64,000 bases of DNA from an uncultured Verrucomicrobiae bacterium (GTDB lineage: Bacteria; Verrucomicrobiota; Verrucomicrobiia; Chthoniobacterales; Chthoniobacteraceae), in NCBI GenBank assembly GCA_963769025.1, contig CAVYKI010000006.1, forward strand, positions 320,001-384,000, in the 5' to 3' direction. Below, in pieces: positions 60,367-64,000 of this stretch. Positions within the stretch are counted from its first letter, which is position 1. Each line of letters opens with the position of its first letter. The translations under genes and the position numbers were made by a program. The notes beneath the pieces were generated by a model. The model had not been told where the DNA came from. It saw only the letters and a list, made by a program, of their open reading frames with translations, and did no database searches.

Positions 60367-60412
60367 GCCTAACCTCTTGATTGAGCCGCGGGGGTGCGGC
60401 GTATGGTTGCGA
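60367..60412 (-). mobile_element. Shortened attC-like site D
   Basis: Minus strand TCGCAAC-CATAC-GCCGC..GCGGC..GTTAGGC, 46 bp. Confidence 0.55.
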
Positions 60413-60702
60413 TCCAAGGGCGGCATTTGCGCAGTGGAGCGGGGGCGGTTTACTCTGGCAAGCTGAAGTTGCCGGGCTGCATAGGCCGCAAGGTTGCGGC
60501 GTGGGGGCGGGATAGGCTGCAGGGCGATGTTTGGGCGCGCGCGGAGCCGGTGGGGCCCGGACATTTGCCGTGGACTGCGACGCGGGGAGCGGGTGGCAGG
60601 AGGGATGCCGGGGCGGCAGAAGGGGGCCATGACGGAAATGGGTGGGTCGGAATCCTATGTTCCGCCTGGCCCCCTTGGTGCGGCGAGGGACTGGGGCGGC
60701 GG

Positions 60703-61401
60703 CTACCCGCCGACGGTGATTTCGACGGTGTTGCTCCACACGCCGACCTGGGCGTCGCCGACTCGGTAGATGGCGCGGTATTTCCATTTGGTGGGGGTGG
60801 CGGGGAACGGGAAGGTGTCGGTGTAGTTGGGCGTGGTGTCGAAGGCCAGCATCACCCAGCCTTTGCCGTCGCCGCGGTCCACCTGGAGCTCGAGCATGTC
60901 GAGGAAGGCGCTGAACCCCTGCCAGCCCCAGGCGATGAGCACGGCGTTGCCGATGAGCGTGACCGTGAGGCTGGCCTGCAGCGTGGCGAAGTCGGGCGCG
61001 CCCTTCACGGCGCCCTCGATGCCGAGCGCCTCGCCGATGGCGGGGTTGTAGTTCGCATGGGCCTTGATCTGTTTTACGAGGGCGCGGAAGCGCACCTCGA
61101 TGCCGGGCGGCACGGCGGGGACGGCGGCGGGGAACGTGGGCGCCACGGGCGCGCCCGAGGGCGGCACCGCGCCGCCGTCACGCGCGAGCTTCTTCCACGC
61201 CGTCCACTGCTGGGCGCTGCCCTGCATGATGGCGTGGCACGTGACGGCATAGGCAAAATAGTCCGCATCGGCGGCGTGGGCTGTGACCTGCGCGGGGGTG
61301 ACGTCGAGCAGGGTCGCATAGCCGCCGATGCCGGTCTTGAAGGTGGTGAGTTGCGCGGCGAACAGGTCGTCGTTGGGATTGATGTAGTCTGCTTTTGGCA
61401 T
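60703..61401 (-). CDS. Conserved-looking hypothetical protein with helical N-terminus and FN3-like C-terminus
   Basis: MPKADYINP start, strong GC3 bias and C-terminal WKYRAIY..VGVWS. Confidence 0.75.
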   Translation of the reverse strand: MPKADYINPNDDLFAAQLTTFKTGIGGYATLLDVTPAQVTAHAADADYFAYAVTCHAIMQGSAQQWTAWKKLARDGGAVPPSGAPVAPTFPAAVPAVPPGIEVRFRALVKQIKAHANYNPAIGEALGIEGAVKGAPDFATLQASLTVTLIGNAVLIAWGWQGFSAFLDMLELQVDRGDGKGWVMLAFDTTPNYTDTFPFPATPTKWKYRAIYRVGDAQVGVWSNTVEITVGG

Positions 61402-61835
61402 TTTGATCTCCGGTGTGGAAAAAAGGTCCTCCCACGCCGACGGGAGATTCTGTCGTGCGGAAAATGGGAGCGGCGGCGCGGTCGGACCGAACGCGCGCAT
61501 GGCCGAGGTGAATCCGGAGGCGCGAAATGGCGTGGGCGGGGCCGGCGAAGCATTTGCCGGCCACCAAGGCGGCGCTGGCCTATGCGGCCTATGGGTTTCG
61601 CTCCCGCCGAGCGGGGGAGCCGTGGTACATTCCTGGAACATTTGCTTCCACCGAATTACCCGACCCATGCGTGTTTGTTACACGCTTCGGAAAACTTTTT
61701 CCGGCGGTCCGCTAATGGGCCCGCATTGCTCGGGCAGGACGGAGCGGGGGACCATGGCAAATGGCAGACACGATTGCCTGCAACACGTCCGCCCGGTTTC
61801 CGCCGCGGGTCCTCGGCGGTACGTCCGCGGGCCCG

Positions 61836-62486
61836 CTAGGCCAGCGCGAGGAGGGCGAGCATGCGGCCGGTCTGGCCCTTTTCGCGGCGGTAGCTGTAGT
61901 AGCGGTCCGCGCCGGCGCCGGTGCAGAGCGCGCAGTCGTGGACGGAGGTGAGCCCGGCGTCGCGGCATTGGCGGAGGATTTCCTGCGCAAAATCGATTTC
62001 GTAGTGCGGCGGGCGGATGCAGGGGCCGAGCTGCGCGACGATGTCGGTCCGCGCGCAGCCGTATTCTTTCACCATGGCGTCGATGGCGGCGGCGGCGATG
62101 CCGAGCTGCGTGCCTTTCCTCCCGCTGTGGATGCAGCCGATGGCGCGGCGCACGGGATCGACGAGCCAGAGCGGGCCGCAGTCGGCGACGTAGATGCCGA
62201 GGCAGACGGCGGGGTCGTCGGTGATGAGGGCGTCCACGTCCGGGACGGGGGAGACATGCGCGGCGGCGACGGCGGCGACGCCCGCGCCATGCACCTGCTC
62301 GGCGGTGATGAACCGGCGTCCCGCGGCGCCGATGGCGGTGAGGATTTCGGCGTGATGCGCGTCGAGGCGCCGGAGCGCGGTGGCGCGGTCGGTGCGGACA
62401 TCGAGATCGGCGACGCGGCCGGTGAATGCGTGGAGGACGGGCAGGCCGGAGAGTGAGGGGAACGTCTCGTAGGGGCAGGCCGACAT
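61836..62486 (-). CDS. YfiH/PgeF (polyphenol oxidase/purine nucleoside phosphorylase) family
   Basis: QVHG, DALIT, VADC, HSGRKG, GPCI and YYSYRR motifs. Confidence 0.9.
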   Translation of the reverse strand: MSACPYETFPSLSGLPVLHAFTGRVADLDVRTDRATALRRLDAHHAEILTAIGAAGRRFITAEQVHGAGVAAVAAAHVSPVPDVDALITDDPAVCLGIYVADCGPLWLVDPVRRAIGCIHSGRKGTQLGIAAAAIDAMVKEYGCARTDIVAQLGPCIRPPHYEIDFAQEILRQCRDAGLTSVHDCALCTGAGADRYYSYRREKGQTGRMLALLALA

Positions 62487-62494
62487 TGCTGCCT

Positions 62495-63928
62495 TTACTC
62501 CGAGGTCCAGAGCTTCGCGGGGGCGGAGCGGGGCGGTGCGACGGCGGAGCCCGCATCCGCGCCGGGGAGCGTCGGGTCGTGGAAAGAGCCGGAGCCCGTG
62601 GCGCGATCGTATTCGGCGAGGGCGACGTTGTAGTCGGAGAGCGCCTGCTTCTGCGTGGTGCGGGCCTTGGTCAGTGCGACGCGGGCATTGAGGAGATCGA
62701 GCTGGGTGCCTGCGCCTGCCGAGAGGCGTTCCTTGGCGAGCCGGAGCGCTTCATCGGCCTGCTCGACGACCTTGCTCTGGCTGGCGATGACTTCGCGGGC
62801 GACCTTTGCCTGCGCGTAGGCTTTCTGGACTTCGAGTTCGACCTGCAGGATGGAGTCCGAGAGGCTGACTTTTGCGGAAGAGAGGCGGGCCCTGGCCTGG
62901 TCCACTTTGCCCTTGGTGAGGAAGCCGTCGAAAATGGCCCAGCTCCCGGTGACTCCGAAATACCAGCCATTGGCCACCTTCGCGAGGTCGTTGCCGGTGC
63001 GGGAATTCACCGCCTCATATCCCGCGCTCGCGTCGAGCTTCGGCTTGTAGCCGGCCTTCGCGACGGTGATTTGCTGTTCCTCTGTCGCGACGGTGTTTTG
63101 CTGCGCCTTGAGGATGGCGCGGTTTTTCCGCGCGGCGATGAGCGCGCGGGAGAGATTCACCTCGCGGGGCGGCATGCGCAGGCTGCCCGCGACATCCGGC
63201 TCGGCGTCGGTGTCCATGCCGAGGATCCTGCCGAGCTCGAGGCGGCTGATGTGGAGATTGTTTTTCGCCCGGATGAGGTCGGGGCGGGCGTTGGCGAGCT
63301 CGACCTCGGCCTGCAGGACGTTGAAGCGCGGCACGGTGCCCGCGGAGAAGCGGTTTTGCTGGTCGGTGAGCTGGTCGCTGAGGAGGACGATGCTTTCCTC
63401 GGCCACGGTGATGAGCTCGCGGTTCAGGAGCGCGGTGTAAAATTGCGTGCGGACCTTGGCGACGACGGTGGCGACCGTTTCCCGGAGAAGCTGATGGCTG
63501 GCGTCCTCGGTGAGGTCCGCGATTTTCAACGCCGCGCGCACTTTGCCGCCGGAGTAGAGGGCCTGCTTCACCTGCAGCGCGATCTGCCACGACTTGTCAT
63601 AGCTGCCGCCGGTGAATGTGCCCGAGCCGGTGCCCGTGGAGATCGAGGTGCCGCCGCTGCCGATGAGCCGGGGGTCGTACTGGCTGTAGCTGGCGGTCGC
63701 CGTCAGCGAGGGGAGCGCCTGCGCGCGGACCTCGATGACCTGCCCGCGCGTGCGCTCGATCTCGTGGATCGCCTTGAGGATGTCCGGGTTCTGCCGGAGC
63801 GCGAGCGAGACCGCCGCATCGAGGGTCAGGGCCCGTGGGCCCGAGGATGCCGGTTTTATTTCCTTCGCCGCGGATTCCGCAATGTTCAGAGCCAGGAGAG
63901 TCGCGGCGAACAAGATCGCCCGATTCAT
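62495..63928 (-). CDS. TolC family outer membrane efflux protein
   Basis: Signal peptide, LTLDAAVSLAL..NP and two OEP repeats. Confidence 0.9.
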   Translation of the reverse strand: MNRAILFAATLLALNIAESAAKEIKPASSGPRALTLDAAVSLALRQNPDILKAIHEIERTRGQVIEVRAQALPSLTATASYSQYDPRLIGSGGTSISTGTGSGTFTGGSYDKSWQIALQVKQALYSGGKVRAALKIADLTEDASHQLLRETVATVVAKVRTQFYTALLNRELITVAEESIVLLSDQLTDQQNRFSAGTVPRFNVLQAEVELANARPDLIRAKNNLHISRLELGRILGMDTDAEPDVAGSLRMPPREVNLSRALIAARKNRAILKAQQNTVATEEQQITVAKAGYKPKLDASAGYEAVNSRTGNDLAKVANGWYFGVTGSWAIFDGFLTKGKVDQARARLSSAKVSLSDSILQVELEVQKAYAQAKVAREVIASQSKVVEQADEALRLAKERLSAGAGTQLDLLNARVALTKARTTQKQALSDYNVALAEYDRATGSGSFHDPTLPGADAGSAVAPPRSAPAKLWTSE

Positions 63929-64000
63929 CACTGGTTGCAGTGCGGGAAAATCTTCTCGTAGATGCGTACCCATGTTGCGCGCTCGTTTTCGTCGAGATGC

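Noticed and set aside
57779..60412. CRISPR array interpretation of the recurring GCTCAGCG repeats
   Set aside because: Spacing is gene-sized and irregular, there are no cas genes, and the structure fits attC
60209..60787. 192-aa ORF crossing attC sites A and D
   Set aside because: Low-complexity translation that runs through the palindromes; PNQALE is simply translated attC
1..64000. tRNA, rRNA, transposase or integrase genes
   Set aside because: None recognised by eye in the intergenic gaps or the ORF track; tRNAscan-SE and HMM scans were not run

Overview
High-GC bacterial chromosomal segment. PVC-specific families (PSCyt/DUF1549-DUF1553 protein, PVC-type haem-binding protein, DUF1080, an Amuc_1099-like lipoprotein) suggest Verrucomicrobiota; this is inference. 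About 50 genes are present. They include housekeeping loci (rpsA, infA, rluD-like, family-4 UDG, tkt, folP-cdaA-glmM, tandem PilT-family ATPases, Hsp20, TolC) and secreted or envelope proteins. Several genes, including rpsA and folP, carry scattered single-base insertions that look like long-read consensus errors. Two accessory regions stand out. (1) At 57.3-60.4 kb, four attC-like palindromes on the minus strand separate a gene-less cassette, a methyltransferase, a 1.5-kb pectate lyase and a DoxX gene. No integrase is visible in the window, so it resembles a CALIN. A conserved pre-attC tail is shared by the empty and gene-bearing cassettes. (2) At 20.8-22.7 kb, a repeat-bounded island holds an internally deleted type IIG restriction-modification remnant. 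Other points of interest are a stand-alone OvoA-C-terminal-like methyltransferase operon, a VWA protein with a 2x2 repeated domain, a structured rpsA leader and a LarA/HupE-UreJ neighbourhood. All calls come from reading the sequence; no searches were run.
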